The translations under genes were made by a program, and so were the position numbers. From a bacterium (GTDB lineage: Bacteria; UBA8248; JACPRG01; G963555815), in assembly GCA_965218795.1 (NCBI GenBank), contig OZ244653.1, positions 2,176,001 to 2,240,000 of the forward strand: 64,000 bases of DNA, given 5' to 3'. Below the pieces are notes generated by a model. The model made no database searches and was not told the DNA's origin. It was given only the letters and a program-made list of their open reading frames with translations. Each line of letters begins with the position of its first letter. The first letter of the stretch is position 1. Below are positions 1 to 10,655 of this stretch, piece after piece.

Positions 1-195
1 GTTCTCAAATCCTTCATGATTTCGATCTCCGCGTACTTGTCCTGCCGTCAAATCGAATGGACTGAAAAAAGGAGAAGACCTTTTTTTAACCGCTTATCCT
101 TGGGACGGCAATCGCCGCCAACGAGCAACCGCGACTGCCCGCGTAGCCGAAGCAAGGCCGAACCGGGGCCCTCCCGGGCAGCGGCCGAGGCCCAA

Positions 196-1290
196 TCAGA
201 CTTCCGGCAGAAGAACGACCTTGATGGAATCCTCTCCCGGAAGCTGGCGCCCAACGCACTGAACCGCCTTTTCGGCCTCGGAGAGCTTGAACCGGTGAGT
301 CACCATCTTCTCGACGGGATATTTTCCCGCCTCTAGGAGGCGAATCGTCGGCACGACCGAATCCGCGTCATGCGTGAAAACCCCCTGAATTCGGATCTCG
401 TTGAGAGCGATCTTGTCGACGTTGAGGGGCGTTTCGACCAACGTCCCCTTCAAGCCCGCACTGACGATGGTCCCCTGCTTCCGAACCCAATCGACGGCCT
501 GCGTCAATGCGGCCGGGCTCGAGGTCACATCGATGACCACATCGGCGCCCAGACCGCCGGTCAATTCCATCACCCGCTCCGACGCGCCGGGCTCATCGAC
601 CCTCACCGTGTGGTCCGCCCCCAGCTCTTCCGCCAGGGCAAAACGTTTCTCATCTCCCGAGACCCCCGTGGCGATGATCAAGCCCGCGCCCGCCTCCTTG
701 CAGGCCACGATAGCGGCCAGACCCTGTTGGCCCACCCCTTCGATGATAACGACGTCGCCGATCCCGACGCCGCCCCGCTGGTGCGCCCACCTGAGCCCGT
801 TGGCGAGCACTCCGCAGGTGAGAACCGCCGCTTCCGCGGGTACGGACTCCGCGATCTTATGCACCCGGGCGCCAGGCGCGATGTAAAGAAATTGACCGTA
901 CGCCCCCCAGAGGTGAGGAGGCTGATCGCAGGGCACTGAGGTGCCGTAGCCCAGATCGTTGTCGCAGAAGACATAGCGCCCAGCCTTGCAGAAGCGGCAG
1001 CCGCCGCAGCTGATGCGGGATTCGACCACCACGCGATCGCCCTCGGCCACCCCGAGGCGTTGGGCGGCCTTTTCGCCAAGCTTCTCGATCCGCCCCAGAA
1101 TTTCGTGGCCAAGAATCACCGGATAGTGCGGAAGCTTCACTTTTTCGTGAAACCAGGCGTAGTCGGACCCGCAAACTCCGGTCATCTCCACGCGCATGAG
1201 CCCGTCGTCCTGTCCGGTCTCCGGCAGGGGAAATTCCCGCAGGCCCATGATCTCTTTGCCTTCCATCACCGCAGAGCATTCACTCGCCAT
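196..1290 (-). CDS. Zinc-binding alcohol dehydrogenase (MDR family)
   Basis: GVCGSD, GHE, structural Zn motif CGGCRFC..C and GxGxxG (GVGQQG). Start set at MASEC with a GAGGA RBS. Confidence 0.9.
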   Translation of the reverse strand: MASECSAVMEGKEIMGLREFPLPETGQDDGLMRVEMTGVCGSDYAWFHEKVKLPHYPVILGHEILGRIEKLGEKAAQRLGVAEGDRVVVESRISCGGCRFCKAGRYVFCDNDLGYGTSVPCDQPPHLWGAYGQFLYIAPGARVHKIAESVPAEAAVLTCGVLANGLRWAHQRGGVGIGDVVIIEGVGQQGLAAIVACKEAGAGLIIATGVSGDEKRFALAEELGADHTVRVDEPGASERVMELTGGLGADVVIDVTSSPAALTQAVDWVRKQGTIVSAGLKGTLVETPLNVDKIALNEIRIQGVFTHDADSVVPTIRLLEAGKYPVEKMVTHRFKLSEAEKAVQCVGRQLPGEDSIKVVLLPEV

Positions 1291-1590
1291 TGGCTGTATC
1301 CAATCCTCGACCCGCCCCACCGGAAGGGGGCCGGGTCCTTGTGACTCGAATCATGAGAAAGGCATTTCCAAACAGGAGACATCATACACCGCCTTTTTGG
1401 AATCGATCGCAAAAAATGGGCGTGTCCTCTATTTGAGGAAGACCATTTTCTCTGTTTTGGAAGTGCGGGGCCAAGTCCATCGAAACCATCAACCTATTCG
1501 TTAGCCAAGAAGGTTAAGGGGACAGGCATTTTCAGGGGAAGGTATCTGACTGGTGCAGACCCGCCGGTTCGCGCTGGGGAATACCAAGAG

Positions 1591-1620
1591 AAAAGGCCCC
1601 GCACGATGGTACGGGGCCTC
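1591..1620 (-). terminator. Rho-independent terminator downstream of gpgS
   Basis: Minus strand reads gaggccccgtac-catc-gtgcggggcc-tttt (hairpin plus T-run), ~80 bp after the stop at 1701. Confidence 0.65.
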
Positions 1621-1700
1621 ATTTCTCCAAATTTTCAAAGCCTATTACAAATTCAATTTCTGTTTGGCCCTTCCTGCCGAATTCCGAAAAAAGCCATCGA

Positions 1701-2924
1701 TCAGGCGACCTCGGCCATCTTCGCGCTCTCATCGATTGCGGCGTTGATTTGATCGAGAAAATCCGGGATACCCGAGATGACCCGGTTCCAGTTGGGCATG
1801 GGCTTATCGCCCATGGGATCCTCATAAAACTCGTTGCCGGCAATCTCGATGGCGTTGGTGAACGCCTCAACCGCCAGCCCTTCTTCATGCCTGTCGAAAA
1901 CGAGCCGGTTGATCGCCGCGTCTGCGTTGTAGCGCACAATATGATCCTGCGCCATTCTTACATAAGCCACCCGCAGGGTTTTCAGGAATCCCGCAGAAAA
2001 GGTCACCCCTTCGGACGCCAGCGTCCGGAAAATGGCCTTCGTGACGTCGATACTCATTTTGAGCAAACCCATGCCCGCGTCATTCGCCGAGAGCGGCTGG
2101 TGTTTGTGGTCGTAGTTTCCGCAAAGCTCGACCTGGCAAACACGTTTCACCGAACAGTTCCGATAAATCTCGGCCAGCGTCCCCACCTCCAGACCCCAGT
2201 CCGAAGGCACGCGGTTGATCCTGGCCAAGTCGACTTTCATGGAGAATTCACCGGCCAACGGGTAGCGGAAGCTGTCCATGTATTCCAGGAACGGCAATGG
2301 GCCCAATAGCGTCTTGAGACTTCTCAGAAGAGGCGTCACGAGCAAACGCGTCACGCGCCCATGCAATCGGTCCGTCACGCGGCTGTAGAATCCTTTGCAG
2401 AACTCAAAGGAAAATGCCGGATGAACCAGTGGATAACAAAGTCTGGCGAGGAGTTCGCGATCGAACGTGGTGATGTCGCAGTCATGGAGGACGATGGTCT
2501 TGGCCCTTCCTTCCGCCAGGATGTAACCATAGGCCAGCCAGGCCGCCCTCCCCTTCCCTTCCGAGCCGGGGTCCAGATCATTCCGGGCGAGCACCTGGAT
2601 TAATTGGCTCATCGGGGCGCCTTCCAGCCAGAGTATGCGTTTCCTTTGCGGGAGAATCGAGAAGAAGTCCACAGCCCTGAGGTAGTCCTCGCCCGACGCC
2701 CTTCCGAGCGCAATTACGATTTCATCGATATATTCGGCGCCCCGCAAATGCTGGACGATGTTCGGGAGCGCATCCCCATCCATTTCGCTTGTCAAGCAGG
2801 GCAGAACAAGCGCTATCGGGTTTTCCTCGGAAAAACGGACGAGTTCGTCCTCCAATTCCGGGAGGATATCAGAACGGAGACGATTCAGCGTCGCGATAGG
2901 ACCATTTTGATAGAAATCACCCAT
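1701..2924 (-). CDS. gpgS: Glucosyl-3-phosphoglycerate synthase (glycosyltransferase)
   Basis: N-term MGDFYQNG, GKGRAAW, LHDCDI, CKGFYSRV, GRVTRLLV, YPLAGE, DWGLE, YDHKHQ. Adjacent to a HAD phosphatase. Confidence 0.85.
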   Translation of the reverse strand: MGDFYQNGPIATLNRLRSDILPELEDELVRFSEENPIALVLPCLTSEMDGDALPNIVQHLRGAEYIDEIVIALGRASGEDYLRAVDFFSILPQRKRILWLEGAPMSQLIQVLARNDLDPGSEGKGRAAWLAYGYILAEGRAKTIVLHDCDITTFDRELLARLCYPLVHPAFSFEFCKGFYSRVTDRLHGRVTRLLVTPLLRSLKTLLGPLPFLEYMDSFRYPLAGEFSMKVDLARINRVPSDWGLEVGTLAEIYRNCSVKRVCQVELCGNYDHKHQPLSANDAGMGLLKMSIDVTKAIFRTLASEGVTFSAGFLKTLRVAYVRMAQDHIVRYNADAAINRLVFDRHEEGLAVEAFTNAIEIAGNEFYEDPMGDKPMPNWNRVISGIPDFLDQINAAIDESAKMAEVA

Positions 2925-3481
2925 GAATTTTCCCCTCTGTTCCTGGGGGATGTAACCCCTTTCCAGCTTCCCGTTCCATGACCGCCGGGCTGCGGCAATT
3001 GAAGGAATCGTCAAGCTGGTTAAGGAACCCGGAGAGTCCAATCCGGACCGTCAGGCTCCCTTGGTGCCGAATTACCCTTTAGTATTCCCCATTTTGAGAA
3101 TGACTGGAAAGAGAGGGGGGGGGATTCCGCCCGAGGGCCCGAAGTAAAATAAGGTATTGGGCTCTTGGCCAAGTGATCAGGTCTGCCGACTGAAGCCCCT
3201 TCCCTTCCCACGGGACCCATCGGCCTTCCGCCCACCTTATCGGGATGGATTCTGTATCCTAATAATATAACCCGAAAAAAGGATGGGTCCATGACAAGTT
3301 TGTGAACTCTTCAATTCATTATAAATTACAATGAGTCCAATCGTAGATTTCGATGGTTCGGGGTTCAATTCTTCCATTTCATGAAAATTCTTGCTCCAAC
3401 GAGGCGATCCGCAGGCTGCTTTTTCGAAATGAATACGATTGGCTTCAGGGGATTGTTAGAGAGGCACAAAGAAAATACTAT

Positions 3482-4336
3482 TCATTGATGGGGGGAATGG
3501 ACCCTGATTTTTCTTTCATTCAGGACGGCCCAGACCTCATCCACCCAGCCGCCGGGGGCGCGGCGCATGGCCAGGCGGACCCCGGAAAGAGCAGCCAATC
3601 TGTGATCCCAACCCTTCCGCGTCGGGATCACAACGGGCAGATCGGCCCGTTCCAAAAGCCCGAGATCGTTTTCTGCATCGCCCAGGGCGACCGTAAATCC
3701 ACGGTTCCCCTTTTTCTGAATAAAATCCATCAGCCGCCCCAGAGCCGCCCCTTTGTCCACATGTCCCATCAGATGATGAAGCCTGCCTCCTTGGACCACA
3801 CGCAGGTTGTTTTCGTCAGCCAGGGTCTTGAAGCGTTCCAGCGCGAATGCCTGCCCTTCGAATTGGAATGGAAGGATATACTCCCGCTCACGCGCCAAAG
3901 CCGCGGCCTCCATCGGTAGTCCCGTCACACAGGCGACTTCATCAACCGGCATATCCAGGAGCGTTCGCACCCGCAGGTCCGCCCACCTTGCCATTGACTC
4001 CATTTTGTCCTGAAGTTCGGAAACCGCCGGCCCCAACTCGAGGAACCATCGATCATCATTCATTACGCCGCCGGGGACGGGATTGGGAAACCCTTGAGGA
4101 AATACAACGGCGCTGCCGTTCTCGCAAATGAACGGGCCTCGAACCTGAAGGGCATCTTGCAAGACGTCCATCTCTTTTCGGGTCTTGCTCGACGCCAGGA
4201 TGAGGGGAATCTCTCTCTCTGCCAGGAAGCGGAGCACCGGCTCAGCCTCGCCGAACCCGTACGTATCCTCCCCCAGAAGGGTCCCGTCCAGGTCGGAGAC
4301 GAGAAGGAGATCGATGGATTTCCGGCCGTCCGGCAT
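3482..4336 (-). CDS. Mannosyl/glucosyl-3-phosphoglycerate phosphatase (HAD IIB)
   Basis: DLDGTLL, SSKT, ENG, DKG, GDAEND motifs. Neighbour of gpgS. Confidence 0.85.
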   Translation of the reverse strand: MPDGRKSIDLLLVSDLDGTLLGEDTYGFGEAEPVLRFLAEREIPLILASSKTRKEMDVLQDALQVRGPFICENGSAVVFPQGFPNPVPGGVMNDDRWFLELGPAVSELQDKMESMARWADLRVRTLLDMPVDEVACVTGLPMEAAALAREREYILPFQFEGQAFALERFKTLADENNLRVVQGGRLHHLMGHVDKGAALGRLMDFIQKKGNRGFTVALGDAENDLGLLERADLPVVIPTRKGWDHRLAALSGVRLAMRRAPGGWVDEVWAVLNERKIRVHSPHQ

Positions 4337-4392
4337 AGGCTCGATATTTCAGTGGAAGGGTGAAAGGCGGGCTTGTCACCAGGATCAGCGGG

Positions 4393-5421
4393 TCACTCGA
4401 CACCGACTTCGCGCATCATCCGCCGATATTCGAGGGCAATACTGTCCGGTCCTTTCACGTGGAGCTCTTCGGAGAGGTCGAGCGGAAGCTCCTCCGGCCG
4501 CTGGTTGCCGACGATCACAAAGTCCTGTTCATAGATGGTCGCCTGCGTCTCGATGTGTTTCTGCCCCGATTCCGTCAAGGGTGGACCCGTAATCTCATCT
4601 CCGTGGAAGAGGGTCGGCCCGTCCACCACCTCCCGCTCATCCAAATCGTAATTCCGGCAGAGCTGCATGAACCGGGTGCTCTCCTTTTCCGTGTGCGGGC
4701 AGACGCAAACCAGATAAACCTCGCAGGCGCCGTCGGGCTGCTCCTTACGCTGGTGAATCGTGAAAGGGCGCTTCAGCCTGTAGCTCCGGACGTGGGGGTC
4801 GGCATGAAACTCGTCCGTGGGATTGTCGAAATGGAATACCATCTCCTCAGGCTCCCGCTTCAGGAAGAACTCGGGCATCAAGGTCTTGTCGCGTGTGCCG
4901 AGGATATTTTCATGCACCCAGGCGAAATGGGCCTGATCGACGAAGTTCTCGATCACTCGGGCCGCGCTGCCCTCCCAGGCGGTCCGCTGCCGGAGGAACA
5001 CCTTGTAAGCCGGGTCCTCGAAATCCGGACATTCGGGAATGCCTGCGCGCGGCTCATCGGCCAGGCATACCCAGATCAGACCATATCGTTCCTGGGTGCG
5101 ATAAGCCGTCAGGCAGGCCTTTTTCGGAATGGGATGTTCAAGCGGGACGGACGGGATGCGGGTGCACCTGCCCTCCGTATCGTACGACCAGCCGTGGTAG
5201 GCGCAGACGACCTGTTCGCCCTCAATCCACCCGAGCGATATGGGGGTTCCCCGGTGAATGCAGAGATCATAAAACGCCCGATACACGTCCCCCAGCTTGC
5301 AGATCGCCAGGCGTTCCCCCAGGAGGGTCGCCTGCGCGGGCTTGTCATCGGGCACCTCGTGCGCATACACAACGGGATGCCAGTAAGACCGAATGGCAGG
5401 CCAGATATCACTCTCACGCAT
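4393..5421 (-). CDS. Rieske non-heme iron oxygenase alpha subunit (VanA/NdmA-like demethylase type)
   Basis: Rieske motif CIHRG...CAYHG and mononuclear iron motif ENFVDQAHFAWVH. Confidence 0.85.
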   Translation of the reverse strand: MRESDIWPAIRSYWHPVVYAHEVPDDKPAQATLLGERLAICKLGDVYRAFYDLCIHRGTPISLGWIEGEQVVCAYHGWSYDTEGRCTRIPSVPLEHPIPKKACLTAYRTQERYGLIWVCLADEPRAGIPECPDFEDPAYKVFLRQRTAWEGSAARVIENFVDQAHFAWVHENILGTRDKTLMPEFFLKREPEEMVFHFDNPTDEFHADPHVRSYRLKRPFTIHQRKEQPDGACEVYLVCVCPHTEKESTRFMQLCRNYDLDEREVVDGPTLFHGDEITGPPLTESGQKHIETQATIYEQDFVIVGNQRPEELPLDLSEELHVKGPDSIALEYRRMMREVGVE

Positions 5422-5706
5422 TCCTATGTCTCCCCATCAGGATCCACAGTTCCTCAGTTGAATACGAACAGGGCCACGAGACAGACCCGACCGGACCGAT
5501 ACGAGACCGTGCGCTCCTCCAACGAATCCTGAACCACCGTCCGACCGCATGTTCACCGGAGCGCAAGCCGCTCATATTCTATATGAATCCCGAAAAGGTA
5601 ATACAGCTGTTCTGTGAAAAGCACATGCAATCCCAATCGCACCGGTTTAGAATATGCGCGGATTCGATCGATGGTCGGAGGTTTCCCGTCATGTGGATGA
5701 CTCCCA

Positions 5707-7299
5707 ATGGGTGATCAGTTTCGAACGGGACGGTCCGCAGTCTACGCCCAAAACGGTATGGCGGCGACCAGCCAGCCGTACGCCACCCTGGCCGCTCTGA
5801 ACATCATGCAGAACGGCGGAAACGCCATTGATGCCGCGGTGGCGGCGGCGGCGGTTCTGAACGTTGTCGAGCCCCACAGTACAGGCATCGGCGGGGACGT
5901 CTTCGCGCTTTTCTGGTGGGCCGAGACGGGCGAGCTCAAGGCCCTGAACGGCAGCGGCCGAGCGCCCGCAGCCGCAACCATCGAAGCGTACCGGAGGCGC
6001 GGTCATTCTACGATGCCCTTCGAGGATGTTCTCTCCGTGACCACGCCGGGAACGGTCGACGGCTGGGCGCGGCTGTTGGAAGACTATGGCCGCATGGACT
6101 TCGCGAAGGTGCTGGCGCCGGCCATACGTCTTGCCGAAGAAGGCTTCGCGGTCTCTCCGGTCATCGGCAAAGCCTGGGAGGGGGAAACGGAAAAGCTCCT
6201 CCGGGACCCGGACGCCGCCCGAAGCTATCTGGTGGACGGCCGCGCTCCCAGCGAGGGAGACCTGGTGCGGAATCCCGCGTTGGGCCGAACGTTTCGCATC
6301 CTCGCCGACGGGGGAAGAGACGATTTTTACAAAGGCGGGTTGGGTGAGATGATCGTCCGGTCCCTCCAAGAGAAGGGCGGTCTACTTACAATGGAAGACC
6401 TCAAGGCGCACCGGTCGGATTGGGTTGACCCCATCTCCACGACGTTTCACGGCTACGAGGTCTTTGAGATTCCGCCCAACGGGCAGGGGCTGACCGCCCT
6501 GCTCGCGCTGAACATCCTGGAGAACGAAGACTTCTCCCTGCTCGAACCCGAATCGGCGGATTATTGCCACCTGATTCTCGAAACGATGAAGCTGGCGTTT
6601 GCCGACCGCGATTTCTACATTGCCGACCCCGGGTTCGTGGACGTTCCGGTCGAACGACTCCTTTCGAAGGAATATGCGGCGGAGCGGAGGAGGCTGATCG
6701 ATCCCCGCCGCGCGCTGCCGGATACCGCCCACGGACATGCTGACGGAGGGGACACGGTCTACCTCGCGACGGCGGATGCCGACGGAAACATGGTCTCCTT
6801 CATCAACAGCATCTATACAAGCTTCGGCTCGGGTATCTGCGCGGGCAATACAGGAATCATGATGCAAAACCGGGCGGCCGGATATGTTCTGGACGAGGAT
6901 CACCCCCGGCGCCTGGAGCCCGGCAAGCGTCCCTTCCATACAATCATCCCCGGGTTCCTGATGAAGGACGGTCACCCCCTGATGGCGTTCGGCGTCATGG
7001 GGGCGGACATGCAGCCCCAGGGCCACGTCCAGCTCCTGCTGAATCACCTGGAGTTCGGGATGGACCTTCAGGAGGCGGTGGAGGCGCAGCGCGTCCGGTT
7101 TATCACGGGAAATCAGGTCTGGGTGGAAGATCGGATCCCGGCAGCCGTGGCCCAGAACCTGGTCGGACGGGGACACGCTGTGTACCGGGTGGGCGCAATG
7201 GGGTTCGGGGGCGCGCAGGCAATCGCGCGGAATCCGCAGACCGGAGTCTATACCGGCGCATCGGAATCGCGTAAAGACGGTTGTGCGATGGGGTACTAG
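5707..7299 (+). CDS. ggt: Gamma-glutamyltransferase
   Basis: GGNAIDAAVA, GIGGD, nucleophile site DTVY, PGKRPFHTIIP, GVMG..MQPQGH. Confidence 0.93.
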   Translation: MGDQFRTGRSAVYAQNGMAATSQPYATLAALNIMQNGGNAIDAAVAAAAVLNVVEPHSTGIGGDVFALFWWAETGELKALNGSGRAPAAATIEAYRRRGHSTMPFEDVLSVTTPGTVDGWARLLEDYGRMDFAKVLAPAIRLAEEGFAVSPVIGKAWEGETEKLLRDPDAARSYLVDGRAPSEGDLVRNPALGRTFRILADGGRDDFYKGGLGEMIVRSLQEKGGLLTMEDLKAHRSDWVDPISTTFHGYEVFEIPPNGQGLTALLALNILENEDFSLLEPESADYCHLILETMKLAFADRDFYIADPGFVDVPVERLLSKEYAAERRRLIDPRRALPDTAHGHADGGDTVYLATADADGNMVSFINSIYTSFGSGICAGNTGIMMQNRAAGYVLDEDHPRRLEPGKRPFHTIIPGFLMKDGHPLMAFGVMGADMQPQGHVQLLLNHLEFGMDLQEAVEAQRVRFITGNQVWVEDRIPAAVAQNLVGRGHAVYRVGAMGFGGAQAIARNPQTGVYTGASESRKDGCAMGY

Positions 7300-7413
7300 G
7301 CGGAGATTCCGCGTTCAAGAGTAAAACGGCCTGATATCACCGGCTGCATCACCAGGCACTTCGCACAAAGCGGCCCGTCACGTCATTGAAAGACACCTCA
7401 CACCCGGCCCTCC

Positions 7414-7449
7414 ACAGAGAAGGGAAGGACGCCGTCCTCCCCTTTCTGT
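7414..7449. terminator. Hairpin between the convergent ggt and MBL hydrolase genes
   Basis: Imperfect inverted repeat acagagaagggaaggac-gcc-gtcctcccctttctgt. Confidence 0.5.
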
Positions 7450-7474
7450 CTAATCAGAAAACCGATGAATCGCC

Positions 7475-8353
7475 TTACATCCCCCGCCGGACCCAATCGT
7501 AGACCCGTTCGATGTTCATCGGCAGGTACTTTTTGTAGCCCCGCCACTCCTGATACTTGGGGAGCTTAATGGTCGCCCGGGCTTTGTTCACGGACAGGCG
7601 TTCCTTGAAAGCGGCCCGAACGGCGGCCATGAGGATCTCAAGATACTCGCGGTTCATCTTGATCAGCGCGCGGGGAAGCGTGGGCGGACCATGGCCCGGC
7701 ATGATCCGATCGAACCCCTGTAGGGCCTCCAGCCGCTTGAGGACCCGGATGGAACCTATTGGATCGACGTCCCGCATCCCGCGATAGGGGAGGCTCTTTC
7801 CGCTGACCAGATCGACCAGGAACAAAAGTCGCTGCTTGGGCAGGTGGGCGAAGCTCAGGCAGTCCGAATGGCTCGGACCGAAATAGAGCATCCGGACGGT
7901 CTCCCCGCCGAGCTTGACCTCATACCGGTTCTTGAAGGTGGTATCCGGCCGGACAACCTTCGGGTTGGGGACCCTGTCGAAATATTTCATGCAGCGTTCC
8001 TGGCTAACGATCTTCGCGCCCTGGGCCTTGAAGATCCCCGCGCCGGCGGAATGGTCCCAATGGTTGTGGCTGTACAAGACGTACTTGACCGGCTTGTTGG
8101 TCAATTTCTTGATCTCGGCATTCATCATTTTGGCGCCGATGGCGCTGATGGGATCGCCCACAATGACGCCGTCGCTCGTTACGACGAAGAAGGTTCGGTG
8201 AAAGAACGACCGGAATGAGTACACGTTGTCCGCCACTTTCGTGGCCTCGAACTTCTTCATCCCCGGAGGCATCTGCGCGCGGACGGCCCCCGATCCAAGG
8301 ATCAAGGAAAAACCGACGATGAAAACCGAGCAGAACCAAAACCGCTTTTTCAT
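7475..8353 (-). CDS. Exported metallo-beta-lactamase-fold hydrolase
   Basis: Signal peptide MKKRFW...AVRA, HxHxDH (SHNHWDH), GPSHS, PGHG. Confidence 0.85.
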   Translation of the reverse strand: MKKRFWFCSVFIVGFSLILGSGAVRAQMPPGMKKFEATKVADNVYSFRSFFHRTFFVVTSDGVIVGDPISAIGAKMMNAEIKKLTNKPVKYVLYSHNHWDHSAGAGIFKAQGAKIVSQERCMKYFDRVPNPKVVRPDTTFKNRYEVKLGGETVRMLYFGPSHSDCLSFAHLPKQRLLFLVDLVSGKSLPYRGMRDVDPIGSIRVLKRLEALQGFDRIMPGHGPPTLPRALIKMNREYLEILMAAVRAAFKERLSVNKARATIKLPKYQEWRGYKKYLPMNIERVYDWVRRGM

Positions 8354-8519
8354 GTAGTCTCTCCATTTCAAGTGTGAATTGGGGGGGCGAATCCTCTCTA
8401 CTCTCCGACTTCAGAAGATTTCAAAGGCAGGAGATCAAGGGCCAGGGAATTGCCGCGAATCCCGCCCTTAACTCGTAATAGGCGAAAAAAGCTTCGATTA
8501 TTCCTGCAATCTTACTTCA

Positions 8520-8605
8520 CAACCTTCCTCTCTGCCGTTGTCATGGCTCCTCCCTCTCTGTCTTCCGAAGGACCTCCTTCCCCCTTTGATAGATATCATC
8601 TGTTC
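8520..8605 (-). repeat. Dispersed ~86-bp repeat, copy 1 (probable IS481-family left-end remnant)
   Basis: Closely similar to 20896-20981. Contains a strong RBS followed by MTTAERKV. Confidence 0.65.
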
Positions 8606-8827
8606 TGGTCGTACACTTTAGACTTGCCGGTCTCGCGCTCCCGCTTCTCGGCTTCTTCCTGCAACTCACCGAATCTCAGGGTCGATGAAGAGCTTGACCG
8701 AGCGTCTCCACCCTTCCTGCGTGCGCGGCGGGCAAGGCTGGGAGCGACATGGGTAAAGGCTGCCACCGGCGCACCCACGCTGCTTGCGCGCCTACTGCTC
8801 GGCGAGGCGACGCGGGAAACGTACGCT

Positions 8828-10186
8828 CTAGGTGTCGAAATACTCGCGCGTGACCTTGAAGACCATTGGGGCCAGCAACAACAGGCCGATGAGGTTGGGC
8901 ACCGCCATCAGGCCATTCAGGGTGTCCGAGAGGTTCCACACGAAAGCCACCTTCACGTTGGCGAAACCCAGCGCCGCCAGCACCCACAGCGCGCGGTAGA
9001 CCACCAGGCTGTTTTCACTGAACAGGTACTGCCAGCACCGCTCGCCGTAATACGACCACCCGAGGATGGTGGTGAAGGCGAAGACCGCCAGCGCGATGGT
9101 GACGATATACTGACCACCCGCCATCGAACTCTGAAAGCCCGCCGAGGTGAGCGCTACGCCGGTCAGTCCTCCGCCGGCGCCCTTCATCACCCAGGCACCC
9201 GAGGTGAGAATCACCAGCGCCGTCATCGTGCAGACGATGATGGTGTCGATGAAGGTTCCCAGCATGGCGATGATGCCCTGCCGCACGGGGCTGCTGGTTT
9301 GGGCCGCCGCATGCGCGATGGCGGCGGAACCCAGGCCGGACTCGTTGGAGAACACGCCGCGCGCGACGCCGAAGCGAACCGCCGCCGCCACCGCCGCCCC
9401 GGCGAAGCCGCCAGCCGCGGCCGCTGGCGTGAACGCATGGGTGAAAATCAGGCCGATGGCCGCCGGCACCTCGGCGATGTTGATGAGGATGATGAGCAGC
9501 GCCGCCCCGACGTAGAGGACGATCATGGCCGGCACCAGCTTGCCCGCCACATCGCCGATTCGCTGAATGCCGCCGATGATGACGACGCCCACCAGCACCG
9601 CGACAATGACGCCCGTCAGCCACGTCGGAACCCCGAAGCTGCCCCCGAGCGCCGACGCCATCGAGTTGACCTGCACCGCGTTGCCGATGCCGAAGGCCGC
9701 AACCGCGCCGAATACGGCGAACGCCAGTCCCAGCCACTTGGCGAGTTCGGGCGCGAATTCGCCCACGCCGTTGCGCAGGTAGTACATGGGACCCCCCACG
9801 TACTTGCCCGCCCCATCCACTTCGCGATAAGTGACCGCGCACACCGCCTCGGCGTATTTCGTGGCCATGCCGAACAGCGCGATGAGCCACATGTAGAAAA
9901 TGGCGCCCGGCCCGCCCAGGGCGATGGCGGTGGCGACGCCGGCGATGTTCCCGGTGCCGACCGTCGCCGAGAGGGCCGTCATCAGCGCGTTGAAGGGCTT
10001 GACCTCTCCCTCGCCGCCGACGTCATCCTTCTCGGCCAGCAGCCTGAAGCCATAGCCCACCTTGCGCCAGGGCATGAACACCAGGCCAAGGGTTAAAAGC
10101 ACGCCCGTCACGCCCAGCATTCCGAGCATGGGCGGCCCCCAGGCGAAGGCGTTCACGGAATCAATAAGGGAATTGAGCCAGTCCAT
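8828..10186 (-). CDS. Sodium:alanine/glycine symporter (AGCS family)
   Basis: ATVGTGNIAGVA, GGPGA, GGPMYY, RGVFSNESGLGS, FIDTIIVCTMT. Confidence 0.93.
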   Translation of the reverse strand: MDWLNSLIDSVNAFAWGPPMLGMLGVTGVLLTLGLVFMPWRKVGYGFRLLAEKDDVGGEGEVKPFNALMTALSATVGTGNIAGVATAIALGGPGAIFYMWLIALFGMATKYAEAVCAVTYREVDGAGKYVGGPMYYLRNGVGEFAPELAKWLGLAFAVFGAVAAFGIGNAVQVNSMASALGGSFGVPTWLTGVIVAVLVGVVIIGGIQRIGDVAGKLVPAMIVLYVGAALLIILINIAEVPAAIGLIFTHAFTPAAAAGGFAGAAVAAAVRFGVARGVFSNESGLGSAAIAHAAAQTSSPVRQGIIAMLGTFIDTIIVCTMTALVILTSGAWVMKGAGGGLTGVALTSAGFQSSMAGGQYIVTIALAVFAFTTILGWSYYGERCWQYLFSENSLVVYRALWVLAALGFANVKVAFVWNLSDTLNGLMAVPNLIGLLLLAPMVFKVTREYFDT

Positions 10187-10450
10187 CGCATCTCCCCTCC
10201 ATGCGCCAAACAATTGGCAAAAGATTCAGCGCCTCGCCAACGCCGGGCGGCGGACGCCGTCTTGCCATCCAAGGTCAAAATAGCAAACCCAGCCGCCACG
10301 GACAATGTTCGTGAGTGCTTTGGGGTTGGGGAGTTGGGGGATGATGGGTAGGATGAGGAATCCTGATTGCGCAAAACTTGATAAGCCATGCGCTTATTGA
10401 AAGTTGTGGCGTAAATGTTCATAAGGTGATTGGGGGGATGCAAGGGGCAG

Positions 10451-10556
10451 GCCGTTGACGATGCCGCTTTGCTTATCCTGCGTGATTCGATAGCGGTCGA
10501 TGAACCACCCAAGCGGCGTCCGCCCGTTGACCTCATACCTAAATACACCTCGGGTT
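10451..10556 (-). pseudogene. Fragment of a type ISP restriction-modification C-terminal domain
   Basis: YEVNGRTPLGWFIDRYRITQDKQSGIVN resembles the conserved ISP tail. Confidence 0.55.
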
Positions 10557-10655
10557 AGGGTATTCTCCTGACAGTCTTCACTCCCCTTGCCGCATCGCCT
10601 CCCCTCTGCTAGCGTTCGGGAAAATCCATTTCTTTTCATCAGGAGGAGGCGCGCG

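Noticed and set aside
8450-10096. 548-aa plus-strand ORF
   Set aside because: Antisense to the AGCS symporter.
10187-10440. Glycine riboswitch upstream of the Ala/Gly symporter
   Set aside because: Expected from context, but the conserved aptamer motifs are not visible.
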